A stretch of 64,000 bases of DNA, taken from Candidatus Dormiibacterota bacterium (GTDB lineage: Bacteria > Chloroflexota > Dormibacteria > Aeolococcales > Aeolococcaceae). The notes under the pieces are model-generated. The model was given only the letters and a program-made list of their open reading frames with translations. It was not told where the DNA came from and did not search any database. Of the stretch, positions 18,467 through 27,983 are shown in pieces. Position 1 is the stretch's first letter; the number at the start of each line of letters is the position of its first letter. The position numbers were made by a program, and so were the translations under genes. Location: contig OY970355.1 of the NCBI GenBank assembly GCA_963718525.1, forward strand, positions 3,232,001-3,296,000, read 5' to 3'.

Positions 18467-19134
18467 TGGCCGAAAAGGTGTTCTTCAGCGTGTCGATGTC
18501 GCTGGACGGGTTCATCGCGCCCGGGTCCCTCGGGGAGTTGATGGGGCAGCAGTGGATGGAACTGCAGCAGTGGATATTCCCGCAGCGGTTCTTCCGGGAG
18601 AACCTGAAGCTCGGCGAGGGCGGCGAGGAAGGGCGCGACAACGACATCGCGCGGGAGACGTTCGAGCGCACCGGCGCGAGCGTGATGGGCAAGCGGATGT
18701 TCGACGCCGGCGAGCGGATGTGGCCGGAGCAGGCGCCGTTCCACACGCCGGTCTTCGTCGTGACGCACGAGAAACGTGACCCCTGGGAGCGCCCGGGCGG
18801 GACCACCTTCCACTTCGTCAACGACGGCATCAGGCCCGCGCTCGACCAGGCCCGCGAGGCCGCCGGCGACCGCGACGTACGCATTGCGGGCGGCGGCGCA
18901 ACGATCCTGGAGTACGTGAACGCCGGCCTGATCGACGAGTTCACGATCGCGCTCTCACCCGTGCTGTTCGGCTCGGGAATCCGCCTGTTCGAGGGAGTGG
19001 ACGCTGGCCGCGTGGCCCTGGAGCCGCTGCGCTCGGAGCCGACGCTGCGGGTGACTCATCTGACCTATGCAGTCCGGGAGCGGTTACGGCTCGACCTCAG
19101 CGCTCCCCCGCCGAGGTCAGAAGAACTTCGTTGA
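18466..19134 (+). CDS. Dihydrofolate reductase-like (RibD C-terminal) protein
   Basis: SMSLDGFIA, VMGKRMF, VFVVTH, IAGGG, GLIDE, PVLFGSGIRLF. Confidence 0.9.
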   Translation: MAEKVFFSVSMSLDGFIAPGSLGELMGQQWMELQQWIFPQRFFRENLKLGEGGEEGRDNDIARETFERTGASVMGKRMFDAGERMWPEQAPFHTPVFVVTHEKRDPWERPGGTTFHFVNDGIRPALDQAREAAGDRDVRIAGGGATILEYVNAGLIDEFTIALSPVLFGSGIRLFEGVDAGRVALEPLRSEPTLRVTHLTYAVRERLRLDLSAPPPRSEELR

Positions 19135-19147
19135 CCCGTCAGGTAGG

Positions 19148-19813
19148 TCAGTCGACGTCGACGAGACCCTCCGCGACGGTCCGGTCCCGGCCCTTCGCTC
19201 TGGCTTGAGCGAGACACTTGTCAGCGCGGTCGACGAGATCCTCGATCACCTCTGTTCCCTCGAATGACACGAGCCCAGCCGAAAACGAGTGCCCAACCGG
19301 CGTCTCCTCACGCAGCCGCCAGCACAGCTGCACGGCACTGACGGTCGTGCAGTTCACCAGGACGATCGCGAACTCATCCTCACCCCAACGTCCCATCAGA
19401 TCTTCGGCGCGCAGCACGTCCCGCCAGCGCGCTGTGGCCTCGCGGAGGAACTCCTCCTCCGCGGCGCGGCCTTTGGCGCCAGCGTCGTCGGTGCCGTGAT
19501 CGAACGCCACGAGCGCAAAGCAGAGTGGGTGCTTGCTGCGACGAGCATGCGCGACGTGACGTGCCGCTTCATCGAGGAATGCATCGCGGTCAGGCAGGCC
19601 GTCGAGGTCGTACCCCGTCGAGATGGGGCTGGGTTGCACAACGATGTCCCCGCGATCCTCCACGCCGAACACCGCCAGATCTGCCTCCGACAACTCCTCC
19701 CGGAGGTCCTTGACCACCCTCACGGGCGGGCCGGTGTGATGTCGAGGGCAGTGTGCGCGGCAACTGCGCGGAAGGTCATGCGTCGAGTCTGGGCAGTTGA
19801 CATTGCAGGACAC
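19148..19813 (-). CDS. Degenerate stand-alone GGDEF-domain protein
   Basis: DGLPDR, LRAEDLMGRWGEDEFAIVL, SFSAG, RADKCLAQARAKGRDR; start uncertain. Confidence 0.75.
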   Translation of the reverse strand: MSCNVNCPDSTHDLPRSCRAHCPRHHTGPPVRVVKDLREELSEADLAVFGVEDRGDIVVQPSPISTGYDLDGLPDRDAFLDEAARHVAHARRSKHPLCFALVAFDHGTDDAGAKGRAAEEEFLREATARWRDVLRAEDLMGRWGEDEFAIVLVNCTTVSAVQLCWRLREETPVGHSFSAGLVSFEGTEVIEDLVDRADKCLAQARAKGRDRTVAEGLVDVD

Positions 19814-19842
19814 CCAGCGCCGGTGTCACGGCCCTGTAGCGG

Positions 19843-20841
19843 CTACTTCACGGCGTGAGGTGCCGGCGCGCCGGCTCGAGTGCGCTTCGCACCGCGCGCA
19901 GCCGCCTGCAATCGTTGTGCGATCGATCGCAGCGACGCACGGAGCTCGCGAGGACGGATCACCATCAGGTCGCACTCCAGGCTGGCCAGGTAGGAGGCGG
20001 CCCAATCCATGTCGTCGGCGCCGAAGGTCAGCAGCGTGCCTTCGCCGGCTGCCAGAAGCGTGCCGTCGGTGGGTGAAACCCGCCTGCGCGCCTCCTCAAG
20101 GCTGATCGCGAGCAGGACCTCGCAACGCGTTCCGTACATGGTCTCGGCGAGCACCTGACGAAGGTAGGCGATCACGTCAAAGTCCTCCGGCCGCTGGAAG
20201 GTCTCGGTCGTGACCTCGGTCGAGAGCATTCGGTCGAGCCGGAACGTACGCATCGCGCTCCGAAACCGATCCCAGCTGACGAGGTACCAGTGGCCGCTCT
20301 GGAACGCCACCCCGTAGGGATCCACGAGGCGCTCGGTCACGTCGCCGGCAGCGGACCGATACGTCATGCGAATCGCTGTCCGGTCCCGGGCGGCTGTGCT
20401 CAGACGCAGGATGGTCGCCGCGTCGGCATGGTCTCTCGCCACCGGCGAGAGGCCGAGGCTCACGAAGTCCTGCATCGCCTGGACCTGGGCGCGCTGTGCC
20501 TCCGGGAGCACCCGATCGAGCTTGGCCAGTGCTCCCTGGACGGCCGCGCCCGATGCCGAGAGTCCGAGGCGCTGGGCCGCGAGCAGCCCGATGATCGTGA
20601 CCAGCGCTTCGTCGTTGGTGAGCATCAGCGGGGGCAGCTTGAATCCACGCCGGAGGCGGTAGCCGCCCGCCGGGCCGCGCTCGGTCTCGACCGGGATGCC
20701 CATGTCCTGCAGCCCGGTGATGTAGCGACGAACCGTCCGTGGGCTCACCTCGAGCCGGTCCGCGATCTCCTCGGCGTTGAGCTGCCGGTACACCTGGAGC
20801 AGCTCGATGAGGGTGAGAAGCCGGCCGACTGACAGATCCAT
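19843..20841 (-). CDS. YafY/DriD-like HTH-WYL transcriptional regulator
   Basis: LEVSPRTVRRYI..LQDMGIPV...RGPAGGYRL; R.VDPYG...GHWYLV..D..R..MRTFRLDRM. Confidence 0.93.
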   Translation of the reverse strand: MDLSVGRLLTLIELLQVYRQLNAEEIADRLEVSPRTVRRYITGLQDMGIPVETERGPAGGYRLRRGFKLPPLMLTNDEALVTIIGLLAAQRLGLSASGAAVQGALAKLDRVLPEAQRAQVQAMQDFVSLGLSPVARDHADAATILRLSTAARDRTAIRMTYRSAAGDVTERLVDPYGVAFQSGHWYLVSWDRFRSAMRTFRLDRMLSTEVTTETFQRPEDFDVIAYLRQVLAETMYGTRCEVLLAISLEEARRRVSPTDGTLLAAGEGTLLTFGADDMDWAASYLASLECDLMVIRPRELRASLRSIAQRLQAAARGAKRTRAGAPAPHAVK

Positions 20842-20852
20842 TGGGGCATCAT

Positions 20853-20874
20853 ATAGGACGGATACTGTCCTTAT
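20853..20874. promoter_or_regulatory. Palindromic WYL-regulator operator between divergent genes
   Basis: ATAGGAC-GGATACT-GTCCTTAT (GGAC-N7-GTCC); TAGCAT -10 at 20882-20887. Confidence 0.7.
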
Positions 20875-20894
20875 TGCGCTGTAGCATCCGACGC

Positions 20895-21110
20895 ATGATG
20901 AATCCGAATGCGCTTCACGATCTCGCCCGCGAGCGAAGCCGCGATCTGATCGACACCGCCCGCAGCCGCCGCCAGGTGCCTCGCGAGTTCGAGAACCTCG
21001 ACGCCTCCGATGTGGTGTTCCTCTTCGGCCGTTCGGCCCATGTCATCGACGCCCGGGCCCGTGCAGCAGCACGCCTCCGCGTCACGTCTGCGGCGTTCGA
21101 CCTCTCCTGA
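20895..21110 (+). CDS. Small hypothetical protein (71 aa), probable WYL target
   Basis: Leaderless ATG 7 nt after TAGCAT; MMNPNALHDLARERSRDLIDTARSRR... Confidence 0.55.
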   Translation: MMNPNALHDLARERSRDLIDTARSRRQVPREFENLDASDVVFLFGRSAHVIDARARAAARLRVTSAAFDLS

Positions 21111-21172
21111 CAGCGGCGGGTCGTGGCGGGCGGACCCGTCGCGACCCCGTGGGGCCGCGATCCTGAGCGATC

Positions 21173-22021
21173 ATGCTGGACGGTGTGAGGATCGAGGCCG
21201 TCGTGACCGATCTCGACGGAACCGTCGTTCGCTCGGACTTCTCCATCTCGCCGGCGACGCTCGAGGCGGTTGACCTGCTCAGGTCGTCCAGCATCGCATT
21301 CGTCGTGGCGACAGCGAGAACACCCCAGGGTCTGGAGCACTTTCAGGTGCTCGCGGAGCGAACCGACATGGGCGTCTGCTGCTCCGGTGCGATCGGGTGG
21401 TCCTCGCGCGACAAGACGCGAACCTGGATGGACGTGATGGGGCCTGCCGTGATTCGACGCGTCGTCGACATCGCGATTGCGGAGGGCGCCGGGGTGGCGA
21501 GTTTCGACGGGACGCTGTGGCGGATGAGCGAGGAGTATCTCCGCCTCAGTCCCGTGCAGCCTCATGGGCCGACGCGCGCCGTCGTCCACACGGAGGCGAT
21601 CGCGGGGACGCCCTGCTGCACCATGGCTTTGCGCCACGCCAATGGCGACCTCGGGCGCATCGCGGCACTGGTCGCCGACGAGGCTGACTCTGCCGCACTG
21701 AGCCACGTCGGGCGCTCGACGGTCCTGGACGTGACGGCGCCCGGGGTCGACAAGGGCACCGGTACCGCGCGCGCCCTCCTCGGACTGGGCCTTGCCCCGG
21801 CGCAGGCCATCAGTTTTGGGGACATGCCGAACGACATGCCGATGTTCCGGGTGACCGCCCGAAGCTATGCGGTCGGCGACAGCGATGCCTCGGTGATGCG
21901 CACGGCAACAGAGGTGTTACCGAACGTCGACGACGATGGCTTCGCGCGCAAGATCGCCGCCCTGGCCGCTGCCGGGTGGACCATCGAAGACGGTGAGATG
22001 GCGCCGGCGGTCACTCGGTAA
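21173..22021 (+). CDS. Cof-type HAD-IIB hydrolase
   Basis: DLDGT, ATAR, GVDKG, FGDMPNDMPMF motifs. Confidence 0.92.
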   Translation: MLDGVRIEAVVTDLDGTVVRSDFSISPATLEAVDLLRSSSIAFVVATARTPQGLEHFQVLAERTDMGVCCSGAIGWSSRDKTRTWMDVMGPAVIRRVVDIAIAEGAGVASFDGTLWRMSEEYLRLSPVQPHGPTRAVVHTEAIAGTPCCTMALRHANGDLGRIAALVADEADSAALSHVGRSTVLDVTAPGVDKGTGTARALLGLGLAPAQAISFGDMPNDMPMFRVTARSYAVGDSDASVMRTATEVLPNVDDDGFARKIAALAAAGWTIEDGEMAPAVTR

Positions 22022-22078
22022 CGCATTGGCCTAGAACGCCCCAAGCTCCGGGAGCGCGAAGGGGCTAGCATCATTCGC

Positions 22079-22246
22079 ATGAGCTCCGGCGGCGTGGGCC
22101 TCTGGTTCGAGGACCACATCAATCAGCTCGATGCGCGGCGTTTGCGTTTCCGCAAACAACTCCCGGAATCGCTCGAGAAGCCGTACTGGCACGACGACGC
22201 GTTTGCCAAGGACGCAGCACGGCTCGAAGCCCTGGGCGCCCACTGA
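22079..22246 (+). CDS. Small hypothetical protein (55 aa), below the ORF-track cutoff
   Basis: MSSGGVGLWFEDHINQLDARRLRFRKQLPESLEKPYWHDDAFAKDAARLEALGAH*; TAGCAT -10 at 22066; fills the gap between convergent genes. Confidence 0.45.
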   Translation: MSSGGVGLWFEDHINQLDARRLRFRKQLPESLEKPYWHDDAFAKDAARLEALGAH

Positions 22247-22264
22247 ACGACCGCACGCTTCGGC

Positions 22265-22933
22265 TTACGCGCGAACGGTGCCTTTCGCTTCGAAGGTCAT
22301 CGCGCGCTGCAGAGCCGCAGCGCGAAGTTCTTCGGGGACCTCGACAGGGCCGCCGATACCGGCAGCTCTGATCCCAGCCTGAGCAGCCTCCTCGACGATG
22401 CCCCCGACCATGATCGCGAGATCGGGAGTGCGATGGAACACCAGCACGCCGTGATTGGCGAGCAACACGGCCGGCACGCCCGGACTGACAGCCGCCCTGA
22501 TGTTGGCGACAGCCTGGTCGGACCCGCGCGGGCCGTATGCGGCGATCGGCACGCCGTCCGGCAGCCCGAACATGGCCAGCGCTTCCACCCAACATCCGAT
22601 CGGGCGATGCGCGGCCGCAAAGGCGGTGGCATAGGGGGAGTGCGTGTGGAGCACGCAGCCGACATCCGGGTTGTCCGCATACATCGCCGTATGCATCGCG
22701 ACGACGGCACCCTGAATCGGCGGCAGCTCCCCCTCCCGCAAGGTGCCGTCGAGCCCGAGTTGCACCACCGCCGACGCAGGATGGTTCCGGAGCGACGGAC
22801 CTGCCGTGAAGTACATCTCGTCGGCGCCCGGAACCCGAAGGCTGACGTTGCCATGACCATTCGCGGAGATCGCCCCGCTGGCGACCACACGCTGAGCGAC
22901 ATCGACCACCTGGGTGACGAAATCGGCGTCCAT
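22265..22933 (-). CDS. Class II aldolase/adducin family protein
   Basis: GNVSLR, HTAMY, VLHTHSPYATAFA, LLANHGVL. Confidence 0.9.
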   Translation of the reverse strand: MDADFVTQVVDVAQRVVASGAISANGHGNVSLRVPGADEMYFTAGPSLRNHPASAVVQLGLDGTLREGELPPIQGAVVAMHTAMYADNPDVGCVLHTHSPYATAFAAAHRPIGCWVEALAMFGLPDGVPIAAYGPRGSDQAVANIRAAVSPGVPAVLLANHGVLVFHRTPDLAIMVGGIVEEAAQAGIRAAGIGGPVEVPEELRAAALQRAMTFEAKGTVRA

Positions 22934-23003
22934 GAACCTCCCGGCCGCAAGTGCGATGACGAGTTCGAAATCCCTTATCCCATAAGGGGAATGCGAGTGA
23001 CGG

Positions 23004-23049
23004 AGCCGATGGTGAGGTTCGAACTCCCGACCAACCGCCTACGAGGCGG
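23004..23049 (-). repeat. Degenerate direct repeat of the tRNA-Thr(TGT) 3' half (att-like remnant)
   Basis: 42/46 identical to 36503-36548, same orientation; no D-arm or 5' acceptor strand. Confidence 0.85.
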
Positions 23050-23243
23050 AGAGTCCATCAGACTGGCTCGTTGGGATCTTAGCTGGTCCGACCTGGTCGG
23101 CTTTAGATCGCGCCGACCAGCCCGAGCGACCCGATGATAATCAGCAGGAGAACCGCGGTGGTACGCGACACACCTCCAGATTCTCCTACCGTTCTGCACC
23201 TCGTGCATCGGAGTCAACGTCGAGAAGCGTCAGTGCACGATCC

Positions 23244-23891
23244 TCATCCTTGTGCCGCGCACAGGCGACCCTCGATGACCGTGCCCACAACGCCGGTTCC
23301 AGTACACAGCGTGGGCCGAACCTCGAGCGCGGTGAGCCCAACCGCGCTTCCAAGATCACTCCAGAAGCGCGGCGAGGTTGCTGCGGTCCGCAAGCGTTCA
23401 CTCCCGATCTGCACGGACTCGCACCCCTGCACGTCGTAGACAGCCGTCCAACTCCCCCCGGGAGCAACGAACTGGAGTCGGTATAGCGTTCCGAGATCTG
23501 CGGGGCAGTGCCAGCCTTCTGGCTGAAGGGGGAGGCCCTCGACATCCGCTGCAAGCCGTGCGACCACTTGAGACGAAGAGACTGTCTTATCGAGCGGCGG
23601 GAGCGCCAAGCCTCCGGGAGTCCTGACGATCTGAACTTTCTCCGGCGTGCCCAGAGCCGCCACACCAGTCAGCGCCGGATTGTGGAAGGCGAGCACCACG
23701 GCTGCCGCCGCAGCGCTGACCACGACCACTGCGGCGATTCCGGTAACGGCAGCGACCCGCGTCATCCGCCGACGCGAGAACACGAACCGCACCACCCCAT
23801 CCTCCAGGTCGTGAGGAGGCAGTTGGGCGGTGCGCCGGTTCAAATACGCTCGGGTCAGACCTTCCAGTTCGTCGTTATCCAGATCAGGCAC
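23244..23891 (-). CDS. Putative membrane-spanning anti-sigma factor (cassette 1)
   Basis: Overlaps the 3' end of the ECF sigma; short cytoplasmic N-domain, RRR-TM, Cys-containing ectodomain. Confidence 0.7.
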   Translation of the reverse strand: MPDLDNDELEGLTRAYLNRRTAQLPPHDLEDGVVRFVFSRRRMTRVAAVTGIAAVVVVSAAAAAVVLAFHNPALTGVAALGTPEKVQIVRTPGGLALPPLDKTVSSSQVVARLAADVEGLPLQPEGWHCPADLGTLYRLQFVAPGGSWTAVYDVQGCESVQIGSERLRTAATSPRFWSDLGSAVGLTALEVRPTLCTGTGVVGTVIEGRLCAAQG

Positions 23892-24417
23892 GAGAAACCT
23901 CCGCTCTCAGCTTGGTCAGCGCGCGACCCAGGTGGCTCCGGGCAGTCCCGGGACGGCAACCGAGCATCTCAGCGCATTCGTTGACGGTGAGCCCGTCTCG
24001 CAGGTGCAGCGTCACCATCGCCCGCTGGGAGGGCGAGAGTCGCTGGTACCCACGATGCACATCGAGGAGACGTCCCTCGAGGTCGGGGAGTTGGGGGGAT
24101 GTCGCCGCCCATTGATCGTGCGAAACCAGCAGCCAGCGCCTGAGGAGTTGGCGACGACGGATGCACTGGTTGACGCAGACCCGTGTCAGCCAGGCTGAAG
24201 GATTGTCGTAGTCCTCGATCGACGACCATCTCCGCCACCCGATGAGCATCGTTTCCTGGACCGCGTCCTCGGCCTCACCAGGATCGTCGACGATGGCCAG
24301 GGCAAGCCGGTGGAGGCGCGCTGCCTCCGGGAGGATGAACTCCTCGAAGGCAGTCTGGGTCCGAGCCTCCCTTCCTGGATTGGCTGGGGTCGTCGCGTCG
24401 CGCATGGTGAGCCCCAC
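23884..24417 (-). CDS. ECF RNA polymerase sigma factor (cassette 1)
   Basis: EAEDAVQET, AWLTRVCVNQC, RLSPSQRAMVTLH, ECAEMLGCRPGTARSHLGRAL; start GTG 24417 or ATG 24405. Confidence 0.92.
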   Translation of the reverse strand: MGLTMRDATTPANPGREARTQTAFEEFILPEAARLHRLALAIVDDPGEAEDAVQETMLIGWRRWSSIEDYDNPSAWLTRVCVNQCIRRRQLLRRWLLVSHDQWAATSPQLPDLEGRLLDVHRGYQRLSPSQRAMVTLHLRDGLTVNECAEMLGCRPGTARSHLGRALTKLRAEVSRA

Positions 24418-24571
24418 AAGTAAGAGAGCCTGCGAGACCTGCTTTTTCTTACATCCGACCGAATCTTCGCGTTCCGTCCTTAGTGTGAGTGGGCAGCAGT
24501 GTGATCGCGAGCGAGCGACGCGATCCGGAACCCATCCGCGCACGAGCGTTGCCGCGAGCCATCCGAGATCG

Positions 24572-25117
24572 CTATGTGTACGCGAGCTCTATCAGGGCGT
24601 GGTGCCCCGACCAGGACAGCGTCAGCTGCCAACATCCTGCAGTCGGAACTGCGAGCCCGTCGGGATAGATCTCACCTGGGTATGAGTCGTCGAGCAACGT
24701 CTCAGTGATGACGGGTTTGGACGCAGTCAGCGGATGTGCGCTGATCACGAGGTCAGAGCCGTCCCGCGGAAGCCCCATGGCCCAAAGGATCTTGTTTGAG
24801 CCATGGGCGCCGCTCTGGAGCGGAAACACGAAGAGATAACCGCCTGCGATCGGCGGGCGCGCGATCACATAGGGGAGGTACGTCGGTGCACCACGGGATC
24901 CACCGCCCGCAGTCACCAGCCACGCCGGCACACTGCCGCGATAGACGACGGTATTGCCGCATCCCGTGGAGGCGACGCTGCTTCCGAGGGGCTGTGGCGC
25001 TGGCGTGGCAGCAGAGCGGATGGTGGGTGCGTTCGTTACCGAGGGTGTCGCGGTCGGTGCGCATCCCGCCAGGAGGAGCGCTACTCCAAGCCCCACGAGC
25101 GGTGGCCGACGGCGCAT
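24572..25117 (-). CDS. Hypothetical lipoprotein
   Basis: Lipobox LLAGC; SNKILW and PTAGCWQLTLSW motifs. Confidence 0.7.
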   Translation of the reverse strand: MRRRPPLVGLGVALLLAGCAPTATPSVTNAPTIRSAATPAPQPLGSSVASTGCGNTVVYRGSVPAWLVTAGGGSRGAPTYLPYVIARPPIAGGYLFVFPLQSGAHGSNKILWAMGLPRDGSDLVISAHPLTASKPVITETLLDDSYPGEIYPDGLAVPTAGCWQLTLSWSGHHALIELAYT

Positions 25118-25216
25118 TCCGCAAGTGTCGCACCGCCGTACGCCGCCAATCAACGCGAGCCGCCGGCAACACCTTGCGAGCAGCACGCCGCCTGTCGCGG
25201 GTGCGCGCCATGCGTA

Positions 25217-26542
25217 TCACGTGCCGGCCGGACTCACCTGCACGCTCACGGGAACCCAGGTCCGGCCCCCGTCGGTCGTCTGCAGCAGGACGTCGCCGTT
25301 GCCTGCGAAGGTATCTGTGTCTGTCCACCCCAGCGTCGGGCTGACGAACTCCAGGATCGATCCGTTGAGCTGAGTGCCTCCAGCGGGGATGGCGCCACCG
25401 TCCAGGGCGCGAAGAGTCGCCCACGTGTGCCCGCCGTCATGAGTGACATAAAGGCCGGCCGCATAGCCGGCGTTCATGGTGTCCGAACTGAGAAGCCATC
25501 CGTCTTTGCTGCCGATGAAGTCGACCGCGTGAGGCCAGTCCCCGGGCGCAGCGTGCGGAATCCAGTTCTTCCCGCCGTCGTCGGTCACGTAGACAATGAC
25601 CGACTCCGGAGACGGCACGGTCCCCACCATCACTCCGTCCAGGCTGGTGATGAAGGTGGGGCTCTCCAACCCCAGGTATGGGGTGCTGAGGAGCGGGATC
25701 CGCTGCGGAGCCCACGTGGCGCCGCCGTCGTGTGTGACCTCGAACTGGGCGGCGGCACAGCCTCCGCCGGTGAGCCACCCGGTGGTGGGGCTGATGAAGG
25801 TCGCGGTGGGCTGTGCGAAGCACGTTGACGACGCCGGCCCGAGATGAGCCACCTCCATCCAGTGAGTCCCTCCGTCGAACGTGCGGAAGAGGGTCGTTCC
25901 CAGGCTCGCAGCCGTATCGTCCTCGTTCGCGGAAAGCCAGCCGTCGTCGCGGTTGACGAAATCGAGGGCGCCCTGCCACGACGAGCCTGGGTCCTGCACG
26001 ACGCTGAAGCTGCCACCCCGCGACCAGCGCGACCCTCGGTCGTCGGTCGCCCACGAGATGAATGTCATGGTCACCGCTGGTGCGTCTGCATTGGACGAGA
26101 GGCCACCGGCAGTGAGGACTCGGGCGCTATCAGCGTTGACGAATGCGACGGCCACGATCTGCTGTCCGACAGGGAGTTGCGGGGTGGCAACCAACCAATG
26201 GTGCACTCCGCGGGTCGTGTGGAGAACGGCGCCGTCCAGACTCCGCTGCGCCCATCCCGTGTCTGCTGTGAACATCGTCAGGCCGTCGATGGAATTTGCC
26301 GGGGGCCGGGGCGAGGTCGGGTACACGTAGGGCACCGGAGTGCTCGAGTTGGCAGGCGTCGGGGTGGCGGGTGCGGTCGTGATCGGCGACGTAAGGGGTG
26401 TGTGGTTAGGATGTGCGGCGGTTGGCGTGCACGCGGCGAGCTCCAGAGCGGCACACGTCGCGATAAGGCCGAATCTGATCGGCATCACCAACGTCGCTCG
26501 AGCTGTCGTCTTCGCGCGGATGGACCGAGGTGCGTCGATCAT
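25217..26542 (-). CDS. BNR/YCF48-like repeat lipoprotein
   Basis: LAAC lipobox, Pro/Thr linker, repeated T.DGG.TW and F.....GW; ATG 26542 overlaps the stop of the repaired upstream gene. Confidence 0.8.
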   Translation of the reverse strand: MIDAPRSIRAKTTARATLVMPIRFGLIATCAALELAACTPTAAHPNHTPLTSPITTAPATPTPANSSTPVPYVYPTSPRPPANSIDGLTMFTADTGWAQRSLDGAVLHTTRGVHHWLVATPQLPVGQQIVAVAFVNADSARVLTAGGLSSNADAPAVTMTFISWATDDRGSRWSRGGSFSVVQDPGSSWQGALDFVNRDDGWLSANEDDTAASLGTTLFRTFDGGTHWMEVAHLGPASSTCFAQPTATFISPTTGWLTGGGCAAAQFEVTHDGGATWAPQRIPLLSTPYLGLESPTFITSLDGVMVGTVPSPESVIVYVTDDGGKNWIPHAAPGDWPHAVDFIGSKDGWLLSSDTMNAGYAAGLYVTHDGGHTWATLRALDGGAIPAGGTQLNGSILEFVSPTLGWTDTDTFAGNGDVLLQTTDGGRTWVPVSVQVSPAGT

Positions 26543-27961
26543 GAGACCACGCTCAACGTCGCCGACGCTTGCGGGCCTGGTGTGCCATCCGTATCGAGAT
26601 GCCAATTGAGGCTGTGTCCCCCTGCCGTGAGACCTTCGGCCGTCATCTCCATTGCGAAGCTCTCGCTTCCTCGAGCTGGTATTGGACGAGCGGCCCCACA
26701 GTTAAGTTCAAACGAGAAGTACTGGCTCTTCGTCGAGTTCGACTTGTTGGTAGTAGCCTCGACATGGATCCAGTGTGATCGGCTCTGACGTGGCGTTGGA
26801 AAGCGTGATGACGTATGTGAAGACCGAGCCCGACATCACTGAGTTGGGCGCGCTGATGGTTGCGGCGAGTTGCAACAGGGGGTCGCGAGGGTACACCGGC
26901 TGGGTGGCCGCGGTAGCGAGCTCCGTCACCGTAACGCCGCATTGCGCAGAGACGCCCAGGGGGATCTGGCTATCGGGAGGTTTTGTCCCGGTCAAGGTCG
27001 TGGTGAACGAGCCACCGCCGGGTAGCGTCACTGCCAGGTGCTGATATGGGGGAGGCGGCGGACCCGTGTCGCATGCATCGCTGAAGCCGACGAAAAAGTG
27101 AGCAGTTGCACTAGGATCGAGGTCCGCTGCGGGGCTACGTTCATCCCAAAAGCCGCCCGCGGTCGCCGCGAGCGTGCGCTCTCCTGGTTGACTGAGCACC
27201 ACTCGGGGGTAGCCTCCCGTCAGGCAGGCATGTGATGTGCGATTGGTGAAGGCGAACATCACCGCCTCGTTCCCTGTGGCGCCTCCAGTGGTGATGGGTT
27301 GCGCCTTGAGGTCGTTGAAGGTGCATCGAGGCACTGGGGTAGCGGTTGGGATCGGAAGAGGGGTCGCCAGATACGCTTGGTACGGCAGGGGCGCCCACGG
27401 CACCGTGGCGGGCGATTGGACACGCTCGGGATAACACAAGCTGGTCCTCGTCAGCCCTGGGCCTCCGCAAGGGAGCGGCCGGAGCTCATCCGAGGTGAGA
27501 TCCAATGCTTGGGCGAGATCGGACCACAGTGCCGGCGATCGAGCTTGGCGCGTCGGACCATTGCTGAGGTGCACCTCATCGCATCCGAACACCTGAATCA
27601 CTGCGGTCCAGGTCGGAGACCCCGGCGACACGAACGTGAGGGTGTACGACGTGCCGTAGCTCACTCCCCCGGCGCACACGCTCGGGGCAACCGGCAGGCT
27701 GCGGATGTTGGTTGCGAGGCGCGCGGCGAGTGCCGGGTCGGTGATGGTGCTCTCGAGTGCGGGCAACACCAAGAGTCCCGGAGAGCGAGTGATGTGCACC
27801 TGCGCCTGGTTGACCCCATTGAGCGGAATGAGGCGCGCGTCATTGTGAAAGGCGAGGACCACGACAGCGGTGAAAACGCTCATCAGCACCACCGCACCGA
27901 GACCCATGACTCGGGAGATCCGTCTCACCCGGTGTCCTGTCAACGGTGGCGATGGCTTCAT
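26539..27961 (-). CDS. Membrane-anchored protein: shared Cys domain + DUF4232-like domain + C-terminal Ig-like domain; +1 frameshift near 26740
   Basis: RCTFNDL...GGATG....FTN.T...C...GYP (DUF4232-like); removing one A from GTCGAACTCG extends the frame as STKSQYFSFELNCGAARPIPARGSESFAMEM...VVS* ending in an ATGA overlap. Confidence 0.65.
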
Positions 27962-27983
27962 GGCGGGCGCTGCAGGTCGAGTG

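Noticed and set aside
19843-22021. WYL-associated anti-phage defence system
   Set aside because: No nuclease, helicase, RM, CBASS or cas genes nearby; architecture fits a YafY/DriD-type regulator
23004-23049. Functional tRNA-Thr(CGT)
   Set aside because: No D-arm or 5' acceptor strand, and the T-stem is mismatched
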